The notes under the pieces are model-generated. The model made no database searches and was not told the DNA's origin. It saw only the letters and a list, made by a program, of their open reading frames with translations. The position numbers and the translations under genes are program-made. A stretch of 64,000 nucleotides of DNA from a virus. Positions 8,418 through 18,084 of this stretch are shown here, piece by piece (the first letter of the stretch is position 1; each line of letters opens with the position of its first letter). The DNA lies in IMG/VR virus record IMGVR_UViG_3300022213_000004, one strand, 5' to 3'.

Positions 8418-8951
8418 CTAAACATTTTTTTTCTTTTTGTACCTAACATACCATCCCGTGTATCTTCCGGTCTTATAATTTCCATTATTTTCGCCAGATA
8501 CATCTGAGTAATCTCTTTGTTTGCGAGTTCCATTCTCATAAGATTTTTTTAAACTTTCACTTCTTTTTATATTGCTTTCTATTGAATTGGTTTTTCCTTT
8601 TCTGTTTGAAGTTTTTCCCTTTTTTGCAAGTGACATTTTTTCTTTAGTTTCTTTTGAGAATTCTTTAGCAGTTTCTCCACCGCTTGTTAAATTGTATCCT
8701 TCAATCATAGTGTTATAAAAACTTATCCAATATGATTCTCTTTCATCTAAAATATCAGGTGAACACTCTTCTAGAATTTCGATTCTAAAATCTTCTCTTG
8801 CGTATTTTCTCATCGCTTTGTATAATGGTCTCGTAAGATTAACATTTTTAGATGATATGAAGTGTTGAGATATTCTTTTTGATAATCTTTGTTTGGTTTG
8901 TCCTATGTATTTTTTTCCACTAGGACTTTCTATGGAATAAATTATCGCCAT
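8418..8951 (-). CDS. GIY-YIG homing endonuclease, antisense orientation
   Basis: IIYSIESPSGKKYIGQT...R...H...E...GYNLTSGG; minus-strand TAAATA overlaps the gp43 ATG. Confidence 0.9.
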   Translation of the reverse strand: MAIIYSIESPSGKKYIGQTKQRLSKRISQHFISSKNVNLTRPLYKAMRKYAREDFRIEILEECSPDILDERESYWISFYNTMIEGYNLTSGGETAKEFSKETKEKMSLAKKGKTSNRKGKTNSIESNIKRSESLKKSYENGTRKQRDYSDVSGENNGNYKTGRYTGWYVRYKKKKNV

Positions 8952-8983
8952 ACTAATAAAATTTTTCCTTTATACTTTTATTT

Positions 8984-10261
8984 ATGTCTTTAAGGTTTTA
9001 TACTAATGTTCAGTTGATTGGAAATCAATTTTTGGTTCGTGGAGTAGATAATGGAAAAAGATTTGAAACTAGAGATGAGTTCTTCCCAACTCTCTTTGTA
9101 AAAACTAAAAAAGATTCTAAGTATGGAACATTAAGTGGAGAAGCAGTAGAACCAATTAATCCTGGAACAGTAAAAGATTGTCGAGAGTTCTACAAAAAGT
9201 ATGATGAAATTGATGGATTTGAGATCTATGGAAATGATCGATATATCTATCAATATATTTCAGAAAAATATCCAGAGGATGAAATCAAGTTTGACATTAG
9301 TAAAATTAAACTTGTAACTTTGGATATTGAGGTTGCTTCTGAAGCAGGATTCCCTGATGTAGAATCTTGTTCTGAAGAAATTCTTGCAATCACCATCCAA
9401 GACTATACAACTAAGAAAATTGTTACTTGGGGAGTAAAACCTTTTAATCATAATCGTAAGGACTTGACTTATCACCATTGTCCTTCTGAATATGAACTTC
9501 TTAATCATTTCATCAACTATTGGATGTTCAATGTTCCAGATGTAATTACTGGATGGAACATTCAGATGTATGATGTTCCTTATATTTGCAAACGTCTGAA
9601 TCGTGTGCTTGGTGAAAAATTGATGAAACGTTTTTCCAACTGGGGATTAGTTACGGAGGGAGAAGTATTCATTAATGGTCGTAAGCACACTGTGTTTGAT
9701 GTTGGTGGATTGACTCAACTTGATTATCTTGACCTTTATAAGAAGTTTACTTATAAGGCACAAGAATCTTATCGTCTTGATTACATTGCTGAAGTGGAAC
9801 TTGGGCAGAAAAAACTTGACCACTCCGAGTTTGACACCTTCAAGGATTTTTATACTCAAGGATGGCAGAAGTTTATTGAGTATAACATTGTTGACGTGGA
9901 ACTTGTTGACCGATTGGAAGACAAGATGAAACTCATTGAGTTAGCACTCACCATGGCTTATGATGCTAAGGTAAATTATGCTGACGTTTTCTATCAAGTG
10001 AGGATGTGGGATAATATTATCTACAATTATCTTAAGAAACGTAACATCGTTATCCCCCCGAGGAATAAATCCCAGAAGAACGAAAAATATGCGGGGGCAT
10101 ATGTCAAGGAACCAATTCCGGGAAAGTATGACTACGTGGTAAGTTTTGACTTGAATTCACTTTATCCGCACTTGATTATGCAATATTCAATTTCGCCCGA
10201 AACTCTTGTGAGTATGGATGATATTAATAATCGTATTGCGGAATTAGAAAAAATGTTGTAG
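8984..10261 (+). CDS. gp43: Family B DNA polymerase gp43, N-terminal fragment (exonuclease plus motif A)
   Basis: LDIEV, ITGWN, YNIVDV, GAYVKEP and SFDLNSLYP motifs; stops shortly after ISPETL. Confidence 0.93.
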   Translation: MSLRFYTNVQLIGNQFLVRGVDNGKRFETRDEFFPTLFVKTKKDSKYGTLSGEAVEPINPGTVKDCREFYKKYDEIDGFEIYGNDRYIYQYISEKYPEDEIKFDISKIKLVTLDIEVASEAGFPDVESCSEEILAITIQDYTTKKIVTWGVKPFNHNRKDLTYHHCPSEYELLNHFINYWMFNVPDVITGWNIQMYDVPYICKRLNRVLGEKLMKRFSNWGLVTEGEVFINGRKHTVFDVGGLTQLDYLDLYKKFTYKAQESYRLDYIAEVELGQKKLDHSEFDTFKDFYTQGWQKFIEYNIVDVELVDRLEDKMKLIELALTMAYDAKVNYADVFYQVRMWDNIIYNYLKKRNIVIPPRNKSQKNEKYAGAYVKEPIPGKYDYVVSFDLNSLYPHLIMQYSISPETLVSMDDINNRIAELEKML

Positions 10262-10263
10262 AA

Positions 10264-10296
10264 TATCCACACATTATAAATAATAAAGTGTGGATA
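10264..10296 (+). promoter_or_regulatory. Hairpin with TATAAATA late promoter in its loop, before the HNH gene
   Basis: tatccacac pairs with gtgtggata around attataaataataaa. Confidence 0.7.
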
Positions 10297-10303
10297 AAAC
10301 TAA

Positions 10304-10864
10304 ATGCAACCAAAATTCAATATAACAAAAGAACAGTTAAAACAACTTTATATTGTTGATAACAAAAGTAGAAAAGAGTGTGCTGAATTTTTTGGTTGTT
10401 CTGACCCACTTATTAAGCAAAAAATACAAAAATATGGGTTGCAAAAACCTAAACATTTGGAGAACAAAAATAAAGAAAGAAAAGAAACTCTTTTTTGTGA
10501 AAATTGTGGTTCTCCATTCACTGTAAGTAGATTTAGAGCAACAAGTGAAAAATGGAAACTTCGGTTTTGTTCTCATTCTTGTTCTTCTAAATTTAGATAT
10601 TTGGGTGAAGAGCATAAAAGAGCGGTTTTGAATTCTATTTCTGCTCGCAGAAGATGTAGAATGAGAGATGCTTTTGATGAAACTTCAAACCAACAAAAAA
10701 TAAATGAAATATATTGCGAAGCAAAAAGATTAACTGAAGAAACTGGTATTCCTCACGAAGTAGACCATATTATTCCAATTTCAAAAGGAGGAAAACATCA
10801 CGAAGATAATTTACAAATTATCACGATGAGTGAAAATCGTAAAAAACATAGTAAAATTATCTAA
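10304..10864 (+). CDS. HNH endonuclease lying between the gp43 fragments
   Basis: HEVDHIIPISKGGKHHEDNLQIITMSENRKK; CENC...FCSHSC zinc finger. Confidence 0.92.
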   Translation: MQPKFNITKEQLKQLYIVDNKSRKECAEFFGCSDPLIKQKIQKYGLQKPKHLENKNKERKETLFCENCGSPFTVSRFRATSEKWKLRFCSHSCSSKFRYLGEEHKRAVLNSISARRRCRMRDAFDETSNQQKINEIYCEAKRLTEETGIPHEVDHIIPISKGGKHHEDNLQIITMSENRKKHSKII

Positions 10865-10865
10865 A

Positions 10866-11030
10866 ATGACTTACGAAGAAGAATACCAACCAAGAAATAG
10901 AGAAAAATCAAAACAAGCAAAATATGGAATGATATGGTGTGCTTATTGTGATAGAGATATGGTAGGAGATATTGGTAAATGTTCTTACTGTGGAAGATTT
11001 AATAACAGAAAGAAAATTCGCTATGAGTAA
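10866..11030 (+). CDS. Small zinc-ribbon protein
   Basis: WCAYC...KCSYC; overlaps the start of the gp43 C-terminal fragment. Confidence 0.6.
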   Translation: MTYEEEYQPRNREKSKQAKYGMIWCAYCDRDMVGDIGKCSYCGRFNNRKKIRYE

Positions 11031-12381
11031 TAATATGTGGAAAGATGTTCGTAAAATGTCTTCTAAAGAAATTAAAGAAGAGTTGGAGGCACTTAAGAAA
11101 GTAAGAGAACTTTCTAATAAAGCAAATGTAGATAAACTCCTAAAACAAGAGTTAGATTTAGAACCTTTACAAAAGGTAAATCTTACTATGACTGCTAATG
11201 GAGCACTTTATCGCAGAGTAAAAGGTATGCTTCCCGAACTAATGGAAAAAATGTATCAAGACCGAGTAATCTTCAAGAAGAAAATGATTGAAGCGAAAAA
11301 AGAATATGAGAAAACCAAGAACAAAGAACTTGTAAAAGAAATTGCCCGTTGTAATAATATTCAGATGGCAAAGAAGATTTCTCTGAATTCTGCTTATGGT
11401 GCTATTGGGAACCAGTATTTCCGTTATTATAAACTTGAGAATGCTGAAGCAATTACTCTTTCAGGTCAAGTCGCAATTCGTTGGATTGAAGGTAAGTTAA
11501 ATCAATATCTCAATAAACTTCTTAAAACTCAGGACGTTGATTATGTTATTGCTTCAGATACTGATTCCGTTTATCTTAATATGGGTCCTGTGGTTGAAAC
11601 TGTATTCAAAGGAAGAGAGAAAACTACTCAAAGCATTGTTTCGTTCCTTGATAAGGTCGCTTCAATGGAACTTGAAAAATATATTGAAAGTTCTTACCAA
11701 GAACTGGCTGACTATGTGAATGCGTATGACCAGAAGATGCAGATGAAGCGTGAGAACATTGCTGATCGTGGAATATGGACTGCTAAGAAGCGTTATATTC
11801 TCAATGTATGGGATAGTGAAGGTGTTCGCTATGAAGAACCTAAACTGAAGATGATGGGTATTGAAGCAGTTAAGTCTTCAACCCCTGCCCCTTGTCGAAA
11901 GATGATTAAAGATGCTCTTAAGTTGATGATGAGTGGAACTGAAGATGAAGTGATTGAATTTATTGATAAGTGTCGTGAAGAATTTAAAAAACTTCCACCT
12001 GAACAAATATCATTTCCACGTTCAGCATCTGATGTTCAAAAATATAAATCTTCTGCAGACATTTATATCAAAGGCACTCCCATTCATGTTCGTGGGGCAT
12101 TATTGTTTAATCACTATATTAATATGAATAAACTTACAAATAAGTATTCTCTTATTCAGAATGGAGAAAAAATCAAGTTTATCTATTTAAAAAAACCAAA
12201 TATTATTCATGAGAATGTAATTTCTTTCATTCAAGAGTTTCCAAAAGAACTCAACCTTGACAAATACATAGATTATGAATTACAATTTGAGAAAGCATTT
12301 CTAGAACCACTCAAGATTATTCTTGATTCGATTGGGTGGAGTGTAGAAAGGACTAATAGTTTAGAATTATTTTTTGTATAA
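11023..12381 (+). CDS. gp43: DNA polymerase gp43, C-terminal fragment (motifs B and C, thumb)
   Basis: QMAKKISLNSAYG, ASDTDS and KKRY motifs; C-terminal clamp-binding peptide SLELFF. Confidence 0.93.
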   Translation: MSNNMWKDVRKMSSKEIKEELEALKKVRELSNKANVDKLLKQELDLEPLQKVNLTMTANGALYRRVKGMLPELMEKMYQDRVIFKKKMIEAKKEYEKTKNKELVKEIARCNNIQMAKKISLNSAYGAIGNQYFRYYKLENAEAITLSGQVAIRWIEGKLNQYLNKLLKTQDVDYVIASDTDSVYLNMGPVVETVFKGREKTTQSIVSFLDKVASMELEKYIESSYQELADYVNAYDQKMQMKRENIADRGIWTAKKRYILNVWDSEGVRYEEPKLKMMGIEAVKSSTPAPCRKMIKDALKLMMSGTEDEVIEFIDKCREEFKKLPPEQISFPRSASDVQKYKSSADIYIKGTPIHVRGALLFNHYINMNKLTNKYSLIQNGEKIKFIYLKKPNIIHENVISFIQEFPKELNLDKYIDYELQFEKAFLEPLKIILDSIGWSVERTNSLELFFV

Positions 12382-12389
12382 GAAGTATT

Positions 12390-13391
12390 ATGGATTTTCT
12401 TGCTGATATTGTAAAAGAAATCGGTGGCGAGTATACGCAACTTGCAACAGATATTGATGAGACTGAGACTTATGTTGACACAGGTTCGTATATTTTTAAT
12501 GCACTGGTTTCAGGTAGCATATTTGGTGGTGTATCTGGGAATAAGATTACTGCTATTGCTGGAGAGTCTAGTACTGGAAAAACTTTTTTCAGCCTCGCCG
12601 TTGTTAAGAATTTTCTTGATACCAATCCCGATGGTTATTGTCTCTACTTTGATACTGAAGCTGCTATAACTAAATCTCTTCTAGAGAGTCGTGGTGTAGA
12701 TACTCAACGCCTTGTAGTTGTGAATGTTGTAACTGTTGAAGAGTTTCGTAGTAAGGCACTTAAGGCAGTTGATATTTACCTGAAGAAAAAAGAGGATGAA
12801 AGAAAACCTTGTATGTTTGTTCTTGATTCTCTTGGAATGCTTTCAACCAATAAAGAAATTGGAGATGCTCTTGCCGAAAAAGACTCAAGAGATATGACAA
12901 AGGCACAACTGATTAAAGGTGCTTTTCGTATGTTGACTCTCAAGTTGGGGCAGGCAAGCATTCCAATGATCGTGACAAATCACACTTATGAAAGTATGAG
13001 TTTATATGGTGGCAAACAAATGAGCGGTGGATCAGGAATTCAATATGCTGCCTCTACAATCATTTATCTTTCCAAATCAAAAGAGAAAGAAGGAACAGAG
13101 GTTATTGGAAACATTATTCGCGCCAAAACACAAAAATCACGTTTGAGTAAAGAAAATCAAGAAGTTCAAATTCGTTTATATTATGATGAACGCGGTCTGG
13201 ATCGATATTACGGACTACTTGAACTCGGTGAGATTGGAGGTCTGTGGAAAAATGTCGCAGGTCGTTATGAGATTGATGATAAGAAACTTTATGCCAAGCA
13301 AATTCTTAAAGAACCCGAAGTGTATTTTACTGAAGAAGTGATGCAAAAGTTGGACGAAATCGCACGTAACGAATTTAGTTACGGGTCATAA
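12390..13391 (+). CDS. uvsX: RecA-like recombinase UvsX
   Basis: AGESSTGKT, YFDTE, VLDSLG and VTNHTY motifs. Confidence 0.95.
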   Translation: MDFLADIVKEIGGEYTQLATDIDETETYVDTGSYIFNALVSGSIFGGVSGNKITAIAGESSTGKTFFSLAVVKNFLDTNPDGYCLYFDTEAAITKSLLESRGVDTQRLVVVNVVTVEEFRSKALKAVDIYLKKKEDERKPCMFVLDSLGMLSTNKEIGDALAEKDSRDMTKAQLIKGAFRMLTLKLGQASIPMIVTNHTYESMSLYGGKQMSGGSGIQYAASTIIYLSKSKEKEGTEVIGNIIRAKTQKSRLSKENQEVQIRLYYDERGLDRYYGLLELGEIGGLWKNVAGRYEIDDKKLYAKQILKEPEVYFTEEVMQKLDEIARNEFSYGS

Positions 13392-13405
13392 TCAATTTCT
13401 ATCTG

Positions 13406-13948
13406 ATGATAAAGATTCTAAAAACAGGCATTAATGTATTTAAAGTTGTAAATCAACTTAAAAAATATCCACAGGATTGGGATCATCAGAAACATCTGAA
13501 GAATTCTCAGTCCTTAGTTGATAGAGGATTTGCTGACTTGCCAGTGAGTGCTCTTCAACTTATAATGGGTGGGGTTAAAAGTAAAAAAGACTTTGTTGGA
13601 GATTCTGAAATCAACATCAAAACTCCAGCATACGAACATCACAGTGAAATCAGAAAGATTATACGCAAGCACTTTGGGAATAGAGAACTACATCGTTGTG
13701 GATTTCTTTCTCTTCCTGTTGATGAAATCGTTGGTGCTCACATTGATGAAGGTACTTATTACTTAACAAGAGACAGATATCATCTTTCCATTGTTGGAAG
13801 ATATCAATATTTCTGTGGAACTGATAGCGTGATTATAGAACCTGGAACTCTTTTGTGGTTTAATAATAAGATACCTCATGGAGCCGTAAATATCGGTGAT
13901 GAAACAAGAATAACCTTTGTATTTGATATGCCACATGGACCAAGTTGA
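13406..13948 (+). CDS. 2OG-Fe(II) oxygenase, Asp/Asn beta-hydroxylase-like
   Basis: HID...RYH...WFNNKIPH...RITFVFD. Confidence 0.8.
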   Translation: MIKILKTGINVFKVVNQLKKYPQDWDHQKHLKNSQSLVDRGFADLPVSALQLIMGGVKSKKDFVGDSEINIKTPAYEHHSEIRKIIRKHFGNRELHRCGFLSLPVDEIVGAHIDEGTYYLTRDRYHLSIVGRYQYFCGTDSVIIEPGTLLWFNNKIPHGAVNIGDETRITFVFDMPHGPS

Positions 13949-14573
13949 ATTTCTTATTCTCCGTAATCTTTTACATAATGAGCAATATATTAGAAAAGTA
14001 ATACCTTTCATCAAATCTGAATATTTTGAAGATCAAAATCAAAAGATTGTATTTGAAGAAATACTTTCTTTTGTTCAAGAATATAATCAACCAGCAACAA
14101 AAGAAGTTCTCTGCATTGAGGTTGAGAAAAGAGCAGATATTAATGAGCAATCTTTCAAAGAAATCATTCAAATAATTTCTTGCCTAGAAGATGTTCCAGC
14201 AGAATTTAATTGGTTAGTTGATACTACTGAAAAATGGTGTCGTGATCGTGCCATTTACTTGGCACTTATGGAATCTATTCATATTGCTGATGGAAAGGAC
14301 GAAAAAAAGAATCGTGATAGCATTCCTTCTATTCTCTCTGATGCTCTTGCTGTAAGTTTTGATAATCATATCGGACACGATTACTTACAGGATTATGAAC
14401 AAAGATATGAGTCTTATCATAAAAAGGAGGATAAAATTGAATTTGATCTTGAGTACTTTAACAAAATCACGAAAGGTGGTCTTCCTAACAAGACTCTCAA
14501 TATTGCTCTCGCTGGTTGTGTTCATCCAGAAACCAAAGTTAAAATTAGGTTTAGGAAACGTAGTGCCATTTAG
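13935..14573 (+). CDS. gp41: Replicative helicase gp41 N-extein fused to an 18-aa N-intein
   Basis: EKWCRDRAIY...IGHDY...GGLPNKTLNIALAG, then CVHPETKVKIRFRKRSAI-stop. Confidence 0.9.
   Translation: MDQVEFLILRNLLHNEQYIRKVIPFIKSEYFEDQNQKIVFEEILSFVQEYNQPATKEVLCIEVEKRADINEQSFKEIIQIISCLEDVPAEFNWLVDTTEKWCRDRAIYLALMESIHIADGKDEKKNRDSIPSILSDALAVSFDNHIGHDYLQDYEQRYESYHKKEDKIEFDLEYFNKITKGGLPNKTLNIALAGCVHPETKVKIRFRKRSAI
14517..14570 (+). mobile_element. Split intein N-fragment (IntN, 18 aa)
   Basis: Cys1 and block-A-like CVHPETKV inserted within Walker A (AG|TGVGKS). Confidence 0.88.
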
Positions 14574-15225
14574 ATTTTTTTGATTTACATCTTTGAACCA
14601 TTGCTCCAACTGTGATATTATTTTTTAATGCCGCATCAGTAATAGAATCATAAATGTTTATTCCATCACTAACTTTTCTTCTTCTTGATGATGGTTTATT
14701 TGTTTTTATTCCTTTATTTGGACTCTCTATTGGTGACCCAAAAATGTATCCTTTTTCTAAATAAAAATCAATATCTTTCGGACTTACTCTTATAAAAGTA
14801 GTGTCTCCTGGTCTGTGCATAACTTTTTTACCTTTGTGTGATTTTCCACCAAGAGATGCCCATTCTTTGTGAAGTTCTTTATTATTTTTATATTGATGAA
14901 ATCCTAATCCAAGTTCTGCTTGCTTTTTTCCTCCAATTTTTCCTTTTTTAGATGCTTGAGTTTTTCTTATCTCTTTTGGAATATAAAATTTTTTTCTTAA
15001 AAATTGAGCAGACCATAAATCATTTACATTGTGATTTATTTTCCATAGCAAATAATGAACTATGAAATGTTCTCTTTCAGTTAAGTATGAAAAATTTTCT
15101 TCATTATCACCACCCCCAGAATGTTTTGGTATAATATGGTGTTTATGCAGACCACTTTTTTCCTTATACTCTAGTTTTCTTTTACATCCTGCTTCTATTA
15201 TGTTATGATGTATTTGATTAAACAT
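14551..15225 (-). CDS. HNH endonuclease between the intein halves, antisense
   Basis: HKHHIIPKHSGGGDNEENFSYLTEREHFIVH; minus-strand TATAAATA near 15247-15254. Confidence 0.9.
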   Translation of the reverse strand: MFNQIHHNIIEAGCKRKLEYKEKSGLHKHHIIPKHSGGGDNEENFSYLTEREHFIVHYLLWKINHNVNDLWSAQFLRKKFYIPKEIRKTQASKKGKIGGKKQAELGLGFHQYKNNKELHKEWASLGGKSHKGKKVMHRPGDTTFIRVSPKDIDFYLEKGYIFGSPIESPNKGIKTNKPSSRRRKVSDGINIYDSITDAALKNNITVGAMVQRCKSKKSKWHYVS

Positions 15226-15258
15226 TATACTCCCTGCTAATACTATTATTTATATAAA

Positions 15259-15633
15259 ATGTGGATTGAAAAAGAAACATCAATTGCTGAAATCAAAACA
15301 TTACTTGATAATGGATATGAAGTAGAAGTTGATTCACCTGATGGATATGTTCCTGTTAATTTTTTTATTAATAAGGGAATGTATGATGAATATGTTTTAA
15401 AGGTTGATGGATATGAACCAATCAAATGTAATGCAGATCATTTATTTGAAACATCTTTTGGATGGATGAAAGCATCTCATCTTTATGAAAAATACCAGAT
15501 AATGCATTTTCTAACAGAAAATGGTTATAAACTTGGTAGTGTCTTTAAAACGGGAAATCAAATACCTATTGTAGATATTAATGTAAATCATCCAAATCAT
15601 AGGTATTATACTAATGGTATTTCCTCTCATAAT
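15259..15633 (+). mobile_element. Split intein C-fragment (IntC, 125 aa)
   Basis: Block B CNADH; block F IVDINV...HRYYTNG; terminal SHN followed by +1 Thr. Confidence 0.9.
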
Positions 15634-16428
15634 ACTGGAGTTGGAAAATCTTTGTTTATGTGTCACGTAGCAGCATCAGTTCTTCTACAAGGACGGAACG
15701 TTCTGTACATTACGCTGGAAATGGCAGAAGAACGCATTGCTGAAAGAATTGACGCAAACCTCCTAAATGTACCTATTCAAGATATTGTTGATCTTCCAAA
15801 GCAAATGTTTGAAACTAAGGTTACAAATCTTGCTAAGAAAACTCAAGGTACTCTTATAATTAAAGAATATCCAACAGCATCCGCACATGCAGGTCACTTT
15901 AAGTCACTTCTTAACGAACTTTCACTTAAGAAGTCATTTAGACCTGATATTATTTTCATTGATTACCTTAATATTTGTGCTTCCAGCAGGTATAAAGGAA
16001 ATAGCAATATCAATTCTTATACATTTGTCAAAGCAATTGCTGAAGAACTTAGGGGACTTGCAGTGGAGTTTAATGTCCCTATCGTCAGTGCGACACAGAC
16101 GACAAGAAGTGGATTTGGTTCATCTGATCCAGAATTGACCGATACAAGTGAGTCCTTTGGTCTTCCTGCTACTGCCGATCTTATGTTTGCCCTTATTAGT
16201 ACAGAAGAACTTGAAGGTCTTGGACAGATTCTTGTAAAACAACTTAAGAATCGTTATAATGATCCTACCATTCATAAAAGATTTGTGATTGGTATTGACC
16301 GTGCAAAAATGCGTCTTTATGATTGCGAACAATCTGCTCAACAAGATATCCTTGACAATGGAAAGGATGAAGAGTATGATTATGAAGAAAGAAAACCTAA
16401 AAAATCATTTGAAGGATTTAAATTCTAA
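15259..16428 (+). CDS. gp41: C-intein fused to the gp41 helicase C-extein
   Basis: After SHN comes TGVGKSLFMCH...YITLEM...IFIDYL...ATQTTRSG...SESFGLPATAD. Confidence 0.92.
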   Translation: MWIEKETSIAEIKTLLDNGYEVEVDSPDGYVPVNFFINKGMYDEYVLKVDGYEPIKCNADHLFETSFGWMKASHLYEKYQIMHFLTENGYKLGSVFKTGNQIPIVDINVNHPNHRYYTNGISSHNTGVGKSLFMCHVAASVLLQGRNVLYITLEMAEERIAERIDANLLNVPIQDIVDLPKQMFETKVTNLAKKTQGTLIIKEYPTASAHAGHFKSLLNELSLKKSFRPDIIFIDYLNICASSRYKGNSNINSYTFVKAIAEELRGLAVEFNVPIVSATQTTRSGFGSSDPELTDTSESFGLPATADLMFALISTEELEGLGQILVKQLKNRYNDPTIHKRFVIGIDRAKMRLYDCEQSAQQDILDNGKDEEYDYEERKPKKSFEGFKF

Positions 16429-16429
16429 T

Positions 16430-16843
16430 ATGACTCAAGTTATTGATACAAACAAATATATTGAATTCGTTCGTCAAACTACAAGTCCAGCAAGCAGTGA
16501 TTTTGCTCAACTACTTGCTCGTATGACTGAACTTGAAGCAACTAATGATGCTGATGTTCCTCGTCTTCTTACTGCTGCCCTTGGTATGAGTGCAGAGTGT
16601 GGAGAACTGGTAGAAATTATCAAGAAAATTCTACTGCAGGGAAAATCTTATAATGAAGATAATGTTATTCATATGAAAAAAGAAGCAGGTGATGTGCTTT
16701 GGTATATGTCTCAACTTTGTATTGCTTTAAACACTACATTTGAGGAATTGATGGAAATTAATTATCAAAAACTATCAGCAAGATATCCGGAAGGAACTTT
16801 CTCTGTCTATAAATCAGAAAATAGGGCAGAAGGAGATATTTGA
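16430..16843 (+). CDS. mazG: MazG-like NTP pyrophosphohydrolase
   Basis: LGMSAECGELVEIIKK...KKEAGDVLWY...N.QKLSARY. Confidence 0.9.
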   Translation: MTQVIDTNKYIEFVRQTTSPASSDFAQLLARMTELEATNDADVPRLLTAALGMSAECGELVEIIKKILLQGKSYNEDNVIHMKKEAGDVLWYMSQLCIALNTTFEELMEINYQKLSARYPEGTFSVYKSENRAEGDI

Positions 16844-16848
16844 TTTAT

Positions 16849-16872
16849 GGAGGTTGAAAAACCTCCTTTTTT
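16849..16872 (+). terminator. Intrinsic terminator after mazG
   Basis: ggaggt/acctcc stem followed by a T-run. Confidence 0.75.
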
Positions 16873-16925
16873 GTTATTTCTGTAATCTCTATAATTTATA
16901 AATAATAATAGAGTTAAAGGTAATT

Positions 16926-17654
16926 ATGAATTATATTGTATATGCATATTGTAATGAATTTGGAAAATTTTATTATATTGGTAGAGGAAGAGTAGGTAGA
17001 GAAATAGAAAATCATAAAAGGATAAAAGTTCCTCCAAGAGAAAGAATTTCAATACTACATAAAAATCTAACTAAACAAGAAAGTGTTGATTATGAAAAAG
17101 GTTTAATTAAATTTTATGGAAGAAAAATTGATGGTGGAATATTAGAAAATTTAAGTATAGGTGGGCATTGCGGTTCTGAAGGAGTTCCTCCTTGGAATAA
17201 AGGTAAAAGGTGTGGATATATTTCAGAATCAAATAGTAAAAGAATTGGAGAATTACATCCACTTTATGGTAAATCTTTATCAAGAGAGATAAGAGATAAG
17301 ATTAGTCAATCTAATAAAGGAAAAAAACATACCGAAGAATCAAAAAATAAAATTAGTGAGAGTAATCTTGGAGTTAAAAAAACAGAGGAGCATAAAAAAA
17401 ATATAAGTAAAGGTAAAAAAGGTATGAAGCAATCTGAAACTCATAGACAAAATAATTCTAAAAGTAAGTGTAAGTTTTTATATAAAATTGAAACGCCCAC
17501 TGGAGAAATTGTTGAAACTGAAAATATGAGGAAATTTAGTATTGAAAATAATCTACCTCCAGCATCTATGCATAGGTTATCTACTGGTCAGTATATTGAA
17601 TATCGTGGATATAAATTAGTTGATAAAATTGAGTTAATAGTAAAACCAACTTGA
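16926..17654 (+). CDS. GIY-YIG-like homing endonuclease with NUMOD3 repeats
   Basis: YIVYAY...FYYIGRG; GKKHTEESKNKIS-type repeats; TATAAATA in an upstream ctctat/atagag hairpin. Confidence 0.85.
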   Translation: MNYIVYAYCNEFGKFYYIGRGRVGREIENHKRIKVPPRERISILHKNLTKQESVDYEKGLIKFYGRKIDGGILENLSIGGHCGSEGVPPWNKGKRCGYISESNSKRIGELHPLYGKSLSREIRDKISQSNKGKKHTEESKNKISESNLGVKKTEEHKKNISKGKKGMKQSETHRQNNSKSKCKFLYKIETPTGEIVETENMRKFSIENNLPPASMHRLSTGQYIEYRGYKLVDKIELIVKPT

Positions 17655-17698
17655 CTTTATTTTTTTGTGTGGTATAATCAAATAGAAAAGGAGAAAAT

Positions 17699-17887
17699 AT
17701 GAAAACACTAACATCTTTTATTGCTCCAGAAAAAGCAAAGTTTATGTTTCAAAGCACATCACAAGGACCTGTAATGTGGGTTGTATCAGATGAAGGAAAC
17801 CAAAAACTTTTTAGGTTTCGTGGAAAAACAATTCGTGATAAAGATAAGAAGTTTTCGCATATGAAGTATTATCTGGAGGAAGTATGA
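17699..17887 (+). CDS. Hypothetical protein
   Basis: AAGGAG ribosome-binding site; TTGACT...TATAAT sigma70-like promoter upstream. Confidence 0.6.
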   Translation: MKTLTSFIAPEKAKFMFQSTSQGPVMWVVSDEGNQKLFRFRGKTIRDKDKKFSHMKYYLEEV

Positions 17888-18072
17888 CTAAAGAAAAGCA
17901 AGTAACTATTAAAATAGATGTGCGTTCTGCAGCAGCGGTTCGTCAAGTTCTCTTTGATGCACAAAAGGGATATACTTATGATGAAGTATGTGTTCCTTCA
18001 CGGATTACTGATATTCGCAAAGTAATTCAAGACCTTGATGATAATATTGGTGCTGCTCTTGGCACAGAATAA
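17884..18072 (+). CDS. Hypothetical protein
   Basis: GGAGG ribosome-binding site; translationally coupled to the previous ORF. Confidence 0.65.
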   Translation: MTKEKQVTIKIDVRSAAAVRQVLFDAQKGYTYDEVCVPSRITDIRKVIQDLDDNIGAALGTE

Positions 18073-18084
18073 ATAAAAACAAAA

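Noticed and set aside
10262-11022. Group I intron or intein in gp43
   Set aside because: No P/Q/R/S core or intein terminal motifs were seen; the insert holds only two ORFs and a promoter hairpin.
8984-16428. Stop-codon reassignment as the reason for the broken gp43 and gp41
   Set aside because: The fragments are separated by whole inserted genes, all three stop codons end normal genes, and no suppressor tRNA was seen.
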